A stretch of DNA of 36,127 nucleotides from NCBI GenBank assembly GCA_028275325.1, contig JAPWUW010000003.1, positions 1-36,127 of the forward strand, read 5' to 3'. Below the pieces are notes generated by a model that saw only the letters and a list, made by a program, of their open reading frames with translations, had not been told where the DNA came from and ran no database searches. This document shows positions 1 through 8,810 of the stretch, piece after piece; positions within the stretch are counted from its first letter, which is position 1, and each line of letters begins with the position of its first letter. Origin of the DNA: Anaerolineae bacterium. GTDB lineage: Bacteria; Chloroflexota; Anaerolineae; DRVO01. A program made the position numbers and the translations under genes.

Positions 1-323
1 AGCACGGCGCCCAGCTTGCCCGTGGCCGCAAGCTCTTGCGCTGCTTGCGCGAAGAGATGCGCTGCTTCCTCCCAACCTTCGGCCACCGGCTCGTGCGTGA
101 TCCCCTTGTAGGCCTTCATGGAAAAACGAAACCCCTCCGGCACTCTTTGGCTCATGCGCAGAAGTTGCTTTGGAGACGGGTTGCGGTAAAAGGTGTAGTT
201 CAGCTCGCAAGTATTGAACTCCTGCGCATAGAATTCGAGCCAGTGCCACTGCGCAAGTTGCTCAGGGTAGAAGGGTCCAACCCAATCGTCGTACTGAAAG
301 CCGCTGGTCCCGATATAAATCAC
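1..323 (-). CDS. DUF72 (YecE/YunF-like) TIM-barrel protein, N-terminal part (runs off window)
   Basis: Not in the ORF track. Manual translation from GTG at 323 gives MIYIGTSGFQYDDWVGPFYPEQL...LEFYAQEFNTCELNYTFYRNPS...PEGFRFSMKAYKGITHE, the typical DUF72 N-terminus. AGGAGG RBS lies upstream. Confidence 0.9.
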   Translation of the reverse strand, partial: MIYIGTSGFQYDDWVGPFYPEQLAQWHWLEFYAQEFNTCELNYTFYRNPSPKQLLRMSQRVPEGFRFSMKAYKGITHEPVAEGWEEAAHLFAQAAQELAATGKLGAV

Positions 324-330
324 AAGCCTC

Positions 331-1011
331 CTACAAGGATCTGCGCGCCTGGATCTGCTGCCGCAGCGCTCTTGCCCCCAGGAACACGAAATAGGCCCCA
401 AAGGCGCAGAGCAACAGCCCACATACCATGATTATCGCCAGGTATCCCGTGCCGCGCAGCATTTGGCGCCCAGAGACAGCAAGTGCAGCTACGCACCCAT
501 ACCAAAGCCAATCCGAAAGCGTGTGGCCGACGTAGAAGGCACCTAGCCCAGCGGGGCCGTGTTGCAGAGCCAGCGACACATAGCCGATCCCTACCGCCCC
601 CCACCACATGAGCCAAGCTGGGTTCGAGGCACTCACTAACGCCCCCGCAAAGACCGGCGCCACCGGGATAGCCACTTGGGCCACCTCGGCCGCGAGGGCC
701 GCCGGCTCTCGCCAGACGGTAGCAACAACACCGGAGCCCATGTAAACCAACACCACCCCACCGACCAACCCAACGACCCCGGCAACCAGTGGGTGCCGCA
801 GGGCTCTGCCAATGCCCAGAGTCACGCCCAGCACAAGCAGCCCTTCCAGCAATACGTGGCCCAACACAATCCCCATGCTCGGCCAGAAGCGCCCATTCAG
901 GCTCACCGAAAGCACCATGGCAAGCATCGGCCCGGGGATCATCGCGCCTGAAAACCCCACAGCCAATGCGCTGCTGAAGATTCCCCCCACGCTGCGCAAC
1001 CCACACCTCAC
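331..1011 (-). CDS. LysE family translocator
   Basis: GFSGAMIPGPML, GHVLLE and SNPAWLMWW motifs with about 6 hydrophobic helices. Exact start uncertain (990-1011). Confidence 0.85.
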   Translation of the reverse strand: MRCGLRSVGGIFSSALAVGFSGAMIPGPMLAMVLSVSLNGRFWPSMGIVLGHVLLEGLLVLGVTLGIGRALRHPLVAGVVGLVGGVVLVYMGSGVVATVWREPAALAAEVAQVAIPVAPVFAGALVSASNPAWLMWWGAVGIGYVSLALQHGPAGLGAFYVGHTLSDWLWYGCVAALAVSGRQMLRGTGYLAIIMVCGLLLCAFGAYFVFLGARALRQQIQARRSL

Positions 1012-1063
1012 CTCTAACGCGCCCAGTCCAGCCCGAACGCCGCGGGCGCGAGCCTTTTCTCAC

Positions 1064-1300
1064 TCAGCGGCAGGCTGAGCCCTTCGTCGCCACAATGCGG
1101 CCACGTGCCCCGTCCAACTTGCTCAATTCGACCAGCACACTATCCCCCACCAGTATGCGGCCTCGAAGCATCCTGACCTGTGGTGCCAGGTGCGCCAGGA
1201 TCACACCACCCCTCTCGAGCCGCACCTCAAAAAGCGTGCGCTCAAGCACACGCTGCACCACACCTGCAAGGGGCTCGGCCCCCTCCTCACATGCCACCAT
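1064..1300 (-). CDS. Divergent translation initiation factor IF-1-like protein (78 aa, OB fold)
   Basis: GVVQRVLERTLFEVRLERGGVILAHLAPQVR...RILVGDSVLVELSKLDGARGRIV parallels IF-1 (FxVxLxNG..AHISGKMR..IRILxGDxVxVELSPYDLxRGRI). ATG at 1300 with GAGGG upstream; overlaps the ftsK end. Confidence 0.75.
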   Translation of the reverse strand: MVACEEGAEPLAGVVQRVLERTLFEVRLERGGVILAHLAPQVRMLRGRILVGDSVLVELSKLDGARGRIVATKGSACR

Positions 1301-3545
1301 TTTCGCCCTCAAGAGGCGCTTCTTCGCCTCGACTCCCGTCAGCGGTGGGCCCATCAGCCTCAACATTCGCGAGCACTGGGCGCACCTTACTCCCTTCCTG
1401 GCCTGGCCCGACAATCCCTGCCGCCGTGAGAAGGTCCAGCAATCTGGCCGCCCTGGGGTACCCGATCCGCAGCCGGCGCTGCAGGTAAGACGCGCTTACA
1501 GCGCTCACCTCCTTGGCCACGCGCACTGCCTCTTCGAAGAGCTCGTCCTCGCTATCTTCCCCCTCAAGCAACGCCGACCACGGGCAAACAGCCGGTGGCC
1601 CCCAGCGCTTGGCCTGTGCGCGCCAAAACTCCACAAGCCGTTTCGTCTCCTCGTCGGAAACGAACGTTCCCTGCAGGCGCCGCAGCCTGCTTGCCTCCGG
1701 GGCCATGAAAAGCATGTCGCCATGCCCGATCAGCGCCTCAGCCCCAGCTGTGTCCAGAATGACGCGCGAGTCCACCTGAGAACTCACGGCAAAAGCGATC
1801 CGTGCCGGGAAGTTGGCCTTTATCAGGCCCGTGACTACATCAACAGATGGCCTCTGCGTTGCCACCACGAGGTGAATCCCTGCACCCCTCGCCATCTGGG
1901 CCAGGCGGCAGATGGCTTGTTCCACTTCATCAGGTGCCGAAAGCATCAGGTCGGCCAGCTCGTCGATGATTATGACAAGGCGCGGCAACGTTGCCTCAGG
2001 CCTCCGGGCTCTGTAGCTCACCAGGTCGCGCGCCCCCGCCTCTGCAAATAGCCTATATCGCTCCTCCATTTGCTTGCTCGCCCAGCGCAGCGCGGCCACC
2101 GCCCCGTCGACCTCGACCTCCACGCGCCCCACCAGGTGAGGGATGCCATTGTAGCGCGTGAGCTCGACCCGTTTCGGATCGATCAAGAGCAGCTTCACCT
2201 GCTGCGGCGTGCACGAGTACAGAAGGCTTGCGATAATCGCCCCGATGCAGACCGACTTGCCAGAACCAGTGGCGCCAGCGATGAGCAAGTGCGGCAGGCT
2301 CTCCAGGGCCACGACAACCGGCATGCCGGCAATGTCTTTGCCAAGCGCAAGCTTAAGCTCACCTTTCGCCTGAGCGTACTCAGGGGATTCCAGGACTTCC
2401 CTCATGCAAACCCATTGCACGGCGGCGTTTGGCACCTCGATCCCGATCAGTGGCCTCCCAGGGATGGGCGCCTCAATGCGGATTGGGGCCGCCGCCAGGG
2501 CCAGCGCAAGGTCGTCCGCAAGCGCCTTCACCTGGCCCACACGCACCTTCCGGTGAACCACTTTGCCGCGCTCGGTTCTCTTGATATAGCCTGGCTGGAG
2601 CCCGAATTGCGTCACTGCTGGCCCTCTCTGGATCTCCACGACCTTGGCTGGGATGCCAAAGCCCGCCAGCGTTTCCTCAATGATCGCAGCCCGCACAGCT
2701 TCATCCCCCCCGGCGCCGCCTGTGCCGACCGGCTGATCAAAAAGCGAAAGTGGCGGCAACTCCGTGGTGCCGGCCTCGGCCGGCTCTGCAGCAGCCGGCG
2801 CGCTCAATGTTCCGTTCTCCTGCTCCGGAGTGCTCCTGGGGCCGGCTCGCTCGGGCGTGCCAGCTCCCGCCACCACAGGCTCGGCCACAACCCTCTCAGC
2901 CCGAACGCGCTGCCGCAGGAGTGCCCGCCGCTGCTCTCTCATTGCCCACGCGCGCTTGGCCTCTTGCAAAGCATAGGCGAGCGCCCTCGTCGCTGCCACT
3001 GCCAAAGTGCGCCAGGAGAGCCGCAGTGCAACTCCCACCCCAGCTGCGACACACAACGCCCCACAGGCGAAACTTGCTGCAGGCCCAGCCACCCCGGCTA
3101 TTGCCCCCGATACCAACCACCCGAGGGTGCCGCCAAAGGCGGCACCGCCTGCCGCCCCAGCAAACACCAGTGCACCTAACCAGATAAGGGCAAGCCCAAG
3201 GCTGCGCCTCGTCGGCCGGAGGCTCCTTTTGGAGCGCGGCTTGGCCATCAGGTCCAGGCCGCCAACAAGAACCGCGAGGCACACAGCAGGCGCGCCGATG
3301 CCAAACCAGGCAAAGGACTTCTCCGCCACGGCCAGAGCAAGCCGCCCGCGCGTGAGGCCAGCCACAGCGACAAGAGATACTGCCCCCAAAGTGGCCACTG
3401 CCAGCCCGACAGCCTCGTGCCAGTGCGCTCGCCACGAGGCCCAAAAATGGAGAGCTCCCTCCTTGAGCGCTGAACGCGGCCTTCGCCTCAAAGCCAGCTT
3501 GTCTGCTGGGCTTACTCCTTGCACCACGGGCTCACCCCGACACAC
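1287..3545 (-). CDS. ftsK: DNA translocase FtsK/SpoIIIE
   Basis: N-terminal TM helices, IRIEAPIPGR, Walker A GATGSGKS, LIDPKRVEL, Walker B IIIDELAD, ATQRPSVDV and gamma domain SASYLQRRLRIGYPRAARL. Confidence 0.95.
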   Translation of the reverse strand: MCRGEPVVQGVSPADKLALRRRPRSALKEGALHFWASWRAHWHEAVGLAVATLGAVSLVAVAGLTRGRLALAVAEKSFAWFGIGAPAVCLAVLVGGLDLMAKPRSKRSLRPTRRSLGLALIWLGALVFAGAAGGAAFGGTLGWLVSGAIAGVAGPAASFACGALCVAAGVGVALRLSWRTLAVAATRALAYALQEAKRAWAMREQRRALLRQRVRAERVVAEPVVAGAGTPERAGPRSTPEQENGTLSAPAAAEPAEAGTTELPPLSLFDQPVGTGGAGGDEAVRAAIIEETLAGFGIPAKVVEIQRGPAVTQFGLQPGYIKRTERGKVVHRKVRVGQVKALADDLALALAAAPIRIEAPIPGRPLIGIEVPNAAVQWVCMREVLESPEYAQAKGELKLALGKDIAGMPVVVALESLPHLLIAGATGSGKSVCIGAIIASLLYSCTPQQVKLLLIDPKRVELTRYNGIPHLVGRVEVEVDGAVAALRWASKQMEERYRLFAEAGARDLVSYRARRPEATLPRLVIIIDELADLMLSAPDEVEQAICRLAQMARGAGIHLVVATQRPSVDVVTGLIKANFPARIAFAVSSQVDSRVILDTAGAEALIGHGDMLFMAPEASRLRRLQGTFVSDEETKRLVEFWRAQAKRWGPPAVCPWSALLEGEDSEDELFEEAVRVAKEVSAVSASYLQRRLRIGYPRAARLLDLLTAAGIVGPGQEGSKVRPVLANVEADGPTADGSRGEEAPLEGENGGM

Positions 3546-4554
3546 CCCTCATGCTGAGCGCTAGCCGGCGGTTATCTCGGTCGATATGCAAGATACGCAC
3601 CCTGATCTCATCGCCAGGCCGAATGCGACAAAACAGCGGCTCGCCTGCGGGCAGATCTATCTCCGAAATGTGTACCAGGCCCTCGATGTGCTCGTCGATG
3701 CTTGCAAACACCCCGAACTCGACCACATGGCGCACCTGTGCTACAACCACCTGACCAACTTGATAGCGCTGCTCTATGCCCTCCCAAGGATCTGGCTGCA
3801 TCCGCTTCAGGCTCAGGGCGACACGCCGTCGTTCCTTGTCCACAGCCAGCACCAGGGCCTGCACCTTCATGCCAATACACACGAGCTCACGCGGATCCTC
3901 AACCCGCCGCCACGAAAGCTCGCTCACGTGGACGAGCCCTTCTATGCCGCCCAGGTCCACAAAAACTCCAAATGGCCGGATGTTACTCACAACGCCCGTG
4001 CAGATTGTCCCTTCTCTCAGTTCCTCAAGAAGCTTCTCCCCCTGCAGGCCATCGGGTGTTGCCGCCCGCTCCGAAAGTATGATGCGGTTACGTTCCCTGT
4101 CGAGCTCAATGATCCGGCAACGCAGCTCTTGGCCCACATAGGCGGCCATCTGCGCCGCCCGCTCCTCGTCCGTCAGTTCCCGGGGGAGCTCCTTTATCTG
4201 CGAAGAGGGCACAAACCCCTGCAAGCCGTTCACCTTCACGAGAAGCCCGCCGCGGTTGTAGCCTGTGGCCTTGACCGTCAGGACCTGCATGGAGTGCAAA
4301 CACTCCTCAAGCTGCTTCCAGCAAGCCTCCTCCTCGGCATCCACAACCTTCCTCGACCCGGGCCGACACACGAGCCTGCGGTACCCCTCCACGGCAAGGC
4401 AGACACCGCCCGTGCCACAGTAGACGAGGGGCAGCTCGGCCTCCAGCCGCTCCTGGCGCATGAGCATTGACCAATACGCCTCATCACGGGCCCAAAGCGT
4501 CTGGCTCGCGATGCCTTCTCTTTCCCACATGCCCAATCCCTCTCTAACAACCAT
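3532..4554 (-). CDS. Ribosomal protein S1-like RNA-binding protein with three S1 domains
   Basis: NRGGLLV..GFVPSSQI, FGVFVDLGGIEGLVHVSELSW and FGVFASIDEHIEGLVHISEI. The start must lie downstream of the -10 box, so ATG 4554 or 4530 rather than 4581. Confidence 0.88.
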   Translation of the reverse strand: MVVREGLGMWEREGIASQTLWARDEAYWSMLMRQERLEAELPLVYCGTGGVCLAVEGYRRLVCRPGSRKVVDAEEEACWKQLEECLHSMQVLTVKATGYNRGGLLVKVNGLQGFVPSSQIKELPRELTDEERAAQMAAYVGQELRCRIIELDRERNRIILSERAATPDGLQGEKLLEELREGTICTGVVSNIRPFGVFVDLGGIEGLVHVSELSWRRVEDPRELVCIGMKVQALVLAVDKERRRVALSLKRMQPDPWEGIEQRYQVGQVVVAQVRHVVEFGVFASIDEHIEGLVHISEIDLPAGEPLFCRIRPGDEIRVRILHIDRDNRRLALSMRGVSG

Positions 4555-4579
4555 TTCCCCACTTTTTGCCGACCATGCC

Positions 4580-4609
4580 ATTATAGGTTCGCGTTCTTGG
4601 GGCGGTCAA
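4580..4609 (-). promoter_or_regulatory. Sigma70-type promoter for the S1-like/ftsK run
   Basis: TTGACC (4609-4604), 18 nt spacer, TATAAT (4585-4580) on the minus strand. Confidence 0.65.
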
Positions 4610-4617
4610 AGCCACTT

Positions 4618-4645
4618 TTGGCCTACCTGCCCCACCGGCTACAAT
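4618..4645 (+). promoter_or_regulatory. Putative divergent promoter for the HAD gene
   Basis: TTGGCC-N16-TACAAT, followed by AAGGAGG RBS at 4664-4670. Confidence 0.45.
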
Positions 4646-4677
4646 AATTGGTAAAGATAGGGTAAGGAGGACATTGC

Positions 4678-5412
4678 TTGTTAGCACGCGCGCGCATGGG
4701 CGTCACATTCGACTGGTGGGGCACGCTCTTCGAGCACCGCGACACGACCGCTCGACGGGTCCAGCTCATTGTCGACTCGCTTGCCGCCGAGGGTATCTCG
4801 TGTGAGGTCCCGACCGTGCGCGCCGCCTACGAGAGGGCAGCCGCTCGCTTCGACGAGGAGTGGCGCAGCGGGCGCGTGTACCCCCCTTCCCAGTGGCTTG
4901 ACGACATCCTCGCGGCTCTTGGCTGCCCCCTGCCTCCCGCGCGGCACGCGCTCCTCCTGCGCCAACTCGAAGAGGCTATGCTTGCGGATCCGCCGCGTCT
5001 GCTGCCTGGCGCCGCCGAGCTGCTGCAGGACCTGCATGCCCAGGGCATTGCCCTTGGAATAGTATCCGACACGGGCCTTACTGTGGGGCGCGTCATGCGC
5101 GAGATCCTGCGCCGATGCGGATTGCTCAGCCTCTTCGGCGGTTTTTCCTTTTCGGACGAGGTCGGCGTGACCAAACCACACCCACAGGCTTTCATTACGG
5201 CGCTGCGCCAAATGGGGCTCCATCCCGAGCAAGCGGTCCACGTGGGAGACCTGCCGCAGACAGACATCCGCGGCGCCAAGCAAATCGGCATGCGCGCAGT
5301 TCTCATCACTGCCGTCACGGGCGCCTGTGACGACGGCCTAGCGGATGCCATTGTTCGCGACCATTATGAGCTGAGAGCCCTTTTGTGCTCCTGGGGCTTC
5401 TTGCGGCGGTAA
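4678..5412 (+). CDS. HAD-superfamily hydrolase (subfamily IA)
   Basis: Motif I FDWWGTL, motif II IVSDT, KPHP and HVGDLPQTDIRGA; strong RBS. Confidence 0.9.
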   Translation: MLARARMGVTFDWWGTLFEHRDTTARRVQLIVDSLAAEGISCEVPTVRAAYERAAARFDEEWRSGRVYPPSQWLDDILAALGCPLPPARHALLLRQLEEAMLADPPRLLPGAAELLQDLHAQGIALGIVSDTGLTVGRVMREILRRCGLLSLFGGFSFSDEVGVTKPHPQAFITALRQMGLHPEQAVHVGDLPQTDIRGAKQIGMRAVLITAVTGACDDGLADAIVRDHYELRALLCSWGFLRR

Positions 5413-5418
5413 GCTGGC

Positions 5419-6873
5419 CTACTCAGTGCCGAGAACCCATTTCCCGACGATGGCCATTCCAGGTGGGCCTGTCAGCTGGTCGAGCAGCATAGTAACATCT
5501 TGAGTATCGATTATCTTGAAGGCAAACTCCCGCTGCATCTCCCGCAGTACGATCCTGAGCCCCTGCTCCCCTACAAGCTCACCGAGCGCGAGCCAGAAAA
5601 GAGGCCCTTTTGAGCCAGCCAGCGCCTGCCAGCGGAGCAGGTTGCCATAGGCCGGCAACCGCTGGGCCAGCGGCCCATCGAGCCCGGTGCTGCGCGCGCG
5701 CTCAAACTCCTCGCGCCATGCCTGCGCTTGCGCCTCAGCCGGCCCCAGCCCCTCCACCGCGCGCCGGTAAAGGTGAGCGCACACCTGCCCCAAGGATTCC
5801 GCAAGCCATGGGTCCCGCAAGGGGTCAGTGCCGACCTTGTTGCCCCACCACTGCCAGGCCAGCAACGAGCTCACGGCGCGGCCGAGCTCTCCCCGCTGCT
5901 GCGTGAAGTAGCCCTGTGGGAGGAGCAAGGCTCCCGAAGCGTGAACGGTGGCCTCAACAAGCGGTACCTTCACCAACCAAAGCTGCGCCTGTGGGAAGGG
6001 CCCGAGCAGTTCCTCATAGAAAGCCATGCCCGCCTCAGCGTGGGCAAGCGCCGCGCTTGCAGTGGAGCGATCCGCCTCCGGAGCGGCAGCAAAGAGCCGC
6101 ACTCCCCCCACATCCCGCGCCTGCACCTCATAGCCGCTCGCTAAGACCAAAGCGAGGTTGCGGGCAGGCCCGGCCACGAAGCGCGAGATTTCTTGACCCT
6201 CGCGTTTCTCTTCGCCAATAGGCAACCCAAGGCCAAACGCCTGGAATCCAGGCGGCAGCGCAATCTCAACCTGGTAGAGGCTGGCTTCTGTGCAGGCAGC
6301 TTCCCCAAAACCAGGTGAGCTGTCCAGGTGCCACTCCCCGCCTTTTAGAGCGGCAAGCATCGGGTAGAAATCGGGCAGGACAGCTACGCCGTTGCTCTCG
6401 CCGAAAAACGCGTACTGGCCGAGAAGCTGTGGGTAGCCGAGGGCAAAATCCAGGGTCACGAGGGCAGCACCTCCTGGCGGCAACAGGCGCGGCAGAGGCA
6501 CCTTCAGGTCCACGCCCCTGCCCGTGGCGACAAACGGCACCTCTCGCCCGTCCACAGCGGCCCGCAGCACGCGCATGTTGCCGCCATAGGCGGGCATGTT
6601 GGGGTAAAGCCGGAAGTAAAGCTCCCGCAGTTCGCCTTCGGCGTTGTTGCGGTAGTACACTGTCAGGCGCCCAGCAAGCGTCCGCTCCTGTGGCCTGGCC
6701 ACGAGCGAGAGCTGATAGCGGGGAAGCAGAGCAATCTCCAGCCCTGCGAGCTCCTGGCCCGGCCGCAGCGCTAGTGAGTACACCTCCAAAGGGAGCTCCT
6801 GGGGTGCGCGGCCGCAGCTAGCAATGGCCAAAACCAGCACCAATGAGATAAAGAACGCACTCTTGCGGCGCAC
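5419..6873 (-). CDS. M1 (gluzincin) aminopeptidase homolog, lipoprotein, zinc motif degenerate
   Basis: Lipobox LAIASC, ELYFRLYPN N-domain, QWWG..VG.D....PWLAESL and SKGPLFW. HEXXH is replaced by SLLAW. GTG start at 6873 inferred from RBS and signal peptide. Confidence 0.82.
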   Translation of the reverse strand: MRRKSAFFISLVLVLAIASCGRAPQELPLEVYSLALRPGQELAGLEIALLPRYQLSLVARPQERTLAGRLTVYYRNNAEGELRELYFRLYPNMPAYGGNMRVLRAAVDGREVPFVATGRGVDLKVPLPRLLPPGGAALVTLDFALGYPQLLGQYAFFGESNGVAVLPDFYPMLAALKGGEWHLDSSPGFGEAACTEASLYQVEIALPPGFQAFGLGLPIGEEKREGQEISRFVAGPARNLALVLASGYEVQARDVGGVRLFAAAPEADRSTASAALAHAEAGMAFYEELLGPFPQAQLWLVKVPLVEATVHASGALLLPQGYFTQQRGELGRAVSSLLAWQWWGNKVGTDPLRDPWLAESLGQVCAHLYRRAVEGLGPAEAQAQAWREEFERARSTGLDGPLAQRLPAYGNLLRWQALAGSKGPLFWLALGELVGEQGLRIVLREMQREFAFKIIDTQDVTMLLDQLTGPPGMAIVGKWVLGTE

Positions 6874-6947
6874 AGCATCTGCCTCAGCCAGATCCTGTTT
6901 CGCGCCGGGGTATCCTTGTGAAATCCACGCCTTCGGCACTCACAGCC

Positions 6948-7655
6948 ATGCAGAGTGGAACTGCAAATCACGGGCCAAAGCGAAAGCTGCTTCTTGCCTT
7001 CGCCCTGGCTGCCCTTTCAGCGCTCATGCCTTGTTCTGAGCAGAGGCAGCCCCACCCGACGGCGCAGAAAGAGCCACCGCTCCCCCGAGAAGAACCAGTT
7101 TGCTCCATGGGCGGGCCGTGCGTCCACCCCGCGTTTGTGCCCTTTTACCTCGCGCACGAGGCCCTGCTCGGCCAGCCCATCAGCGAGCCCCTGGTACTGC
7201 GCGGCCGCATTGTCCAGTATTTCCTCGCGGGCCGGCTGGAGCTGGTGCCGCAGAACCCCCCGGGTTACCAGGTCGGGCTTGCCTACCTTGCCGAGGAGGC
7301 CTGCGGCCGCCAGCCGCCTTTGCCCTACTCCAGCATACCACCCAGGCGGGAAAAGGATTGCCTCTACTTTGCTCAAACCGGGCACGCTGTCTGCCAGCCG
7401 TTTCTTTCCTTCTTCAGGCAGAATGGCGGTGCTGAGGTATTCGGGCCGCCAATCTCTCGGCCAAGGGAGGTGGATGGAGCTCTCATCCAGGATTTTGTGC
7501 GCCTGCAGGTCCGGTGCCGCAAGGCGGACAAACGCTGCAGTCCCTCGCCTCTGGGCCTCTGGCATTTGCGGGGAGGTGTACTGCCAGCAGGTGTGTGCCC
7601 TTCACTCCCACCCGATGATCCACACGCACAGGCCAGCCAGCCCGATAGTCGCTAG
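6948..7655 (+). CDS. Secreted protein with two Chloroflexota-type 'YFxxTGH...FGxPIS...VQYF' repeats
   Basis: Signal peptide KRKLLLAFALAALSALMPC; repeats LLGQPISEP...IVQYF..GRLEL and YFAQTGHAV..PFLSFF..NGGAEVFGPPIS. Confidence 0.7.
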   Translation: MQSGTANHGPKRKLLLAFALAALSALMPCSEQRQPHPTAQKEPPLPREEPVCSMGGPCVHPAFVPFYLAHEALLGQPISEPLVLRGRIVQYFLAGRLELVPQNPPGYQVGLAYLAEEACGRQPPLPYSSIPPRREKDCLYFAQTGHAVCQPFLSFFRQNGGAEVFGPPISRPREVDGALIQDFVRLQVRCRKADKRCSPSPLGLWHLRGGVLPAGVCPSLPPDDPHAQASQPDSR

Positions 7656-7844
7656 CACAATGGCGGCCCGCTGATGCGCAAGCAGCTGCACATCCTTGGC
7701 CGACCAGAGCACCATGGCGACCATAAGGACTGAGAGCACCCCCCAGGCAATAAGCTGTGGGTGCCGGCCAGCAAACCCGCGCAACCCTCGATCCTCGCAA
7801 CCCTCAGAGCGATTTCCTGAAGGCGACCCCTCTGCCCTGCTCAT
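7602..7844 (-). CDS. Small two-TM hypothetical membrane protein
   Basis: Two hydrophobic helices ending WIIGWE; overlaps the coaE end, consistent with co-transcription. Confidence 0.65.
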   Translation of the reverse strand: MSRAEGSPSGNRSEGCEDRGLRGFAGRHPQLIAWGVLSVLMVAMVLWSAKDVQLLAHQRAAIVLATIGLAGLCVWIIGWE

Positions 7845-8721
7845 CTTCTTCCACCGTCGTGTACCCTAGCCCTTCCATGCATTGCCTGTATCCGACCCGC
7901 TCGGCAACAACGATCTCGAGCTCTCTCCATCCACACGACCGGGCCTCGGGCTCCAGGCCCGCCAGCAGCGCCCGGCATAACCGCGGCATTCGGCTTGGAG
8001 GCGTGAACTGCAACCACCAGCGGCCAGCTCTGACCGCAACAGCGCACCCCTTCGCTGCGCCGTCTACAGCCACCAACCGCCCGTCCTGCCTGATCAGCCG
8101 CGTCACTGCCCCCGCGCTAGGAGCCCTGCCTCCTTGCAGTTCACCCCACTCCCAATCGACCGTCTGCAGCAGCTCTCCTGGCGAGCCGTCGTTTTCCAGA
8201 AGCACATCAGCGAGCGCGACCTTCTTCGCTGGCGAGCCCTGCGCGCCAATCCGTCTTTCGGCCTCTTCTTGGGACAGGCCTCTCAGCTCCCTCAACCGTC
8301 TGGCCTGAAGCCACGGCGAGGAAACAGTCACCCAAATCGCCGAGCAACGCGCCGCCAACCCGGCCTCAAAGAGCTTTATCGCTTCCACCGCGGCGACGGG
8401 CGTTGTACACTCCTCGAGCAGCATCTGCACCCTGGCAACGACCGCTGGATGCACCAACACTTCCAGCTGGGAGAGTGCCTCTGGGTCGGCAAAGACCAAT
8501 TCGCCCAGCTTCCTGCGATCGACCCGGCCATCCGGAAGCAGGATCTGCCGCCCGAAGGCCGCTGTCACCGCGGCCCACACGGGCGTGCCTGGCGCCATCG
8601 CTTCATGCGCCAGCTTGTCAGCATCGATGACGAATGCCCCGTGCTCCTCCAGCCGGCGCAACACAAGGCTTTTGCCCGTGGCTATGTTGCCCGTCAGGCC
8701 GATCACGTACCTGGCTGCCAC
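7804..8721 (-). CDS. coaE: Dephospho-CoA kinase with C-terminal GNAT-like extension
   Basis: IGLTGNIATGKS, IDADKLAH, DRRKLGELVF, VHPAV and EAIKLFE, plus about 100 extra C-terminal residues. Confidence 0.92.
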   Translation of the reverse strand: MAARYVIGLTGNIATGKSLVLRRLEEHGAFVIDADKLAHEAMAPGTPVWAAVTAAFGRQILLPDGRVDRRKLGELVFADPEALSQLEVLVHPAVVARVQMLLEECTTPVAAVEAIKLFEAGLAARCSAIWVTVSSPWLQARRLRELRGLSQEEAERRIGAQGSPAKKVALADVLLENDGSPGELLQTVDWEWGELQGGRAPSAGAVTRLIRQDGRLVAVDGAAKGCAVAVRAGRWWLQFTPPSRMPRLCRALLAGLEPEARSCGWRELEIVVAERVGYRQCMEGLGYTTVEEDEQGRGVAFRKSL

Positions 8722-8810
8722 CGTAGCAGCCTACCCACCTCGAGGGCACTGGGCCTTTGCGCCCGCCGGCCGCCGTCCGGCCCAATGCCACCCGTGCCCA
8801 GGTCCTGCCC

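Noticed and set aside
4705-4730. HAD motif I DWW instead of DxD as another pseudoenzyme
   Set aside because: The nucleophile Asp and motifs II-IV are intact, and variation at the second position is common in HAD-IA.
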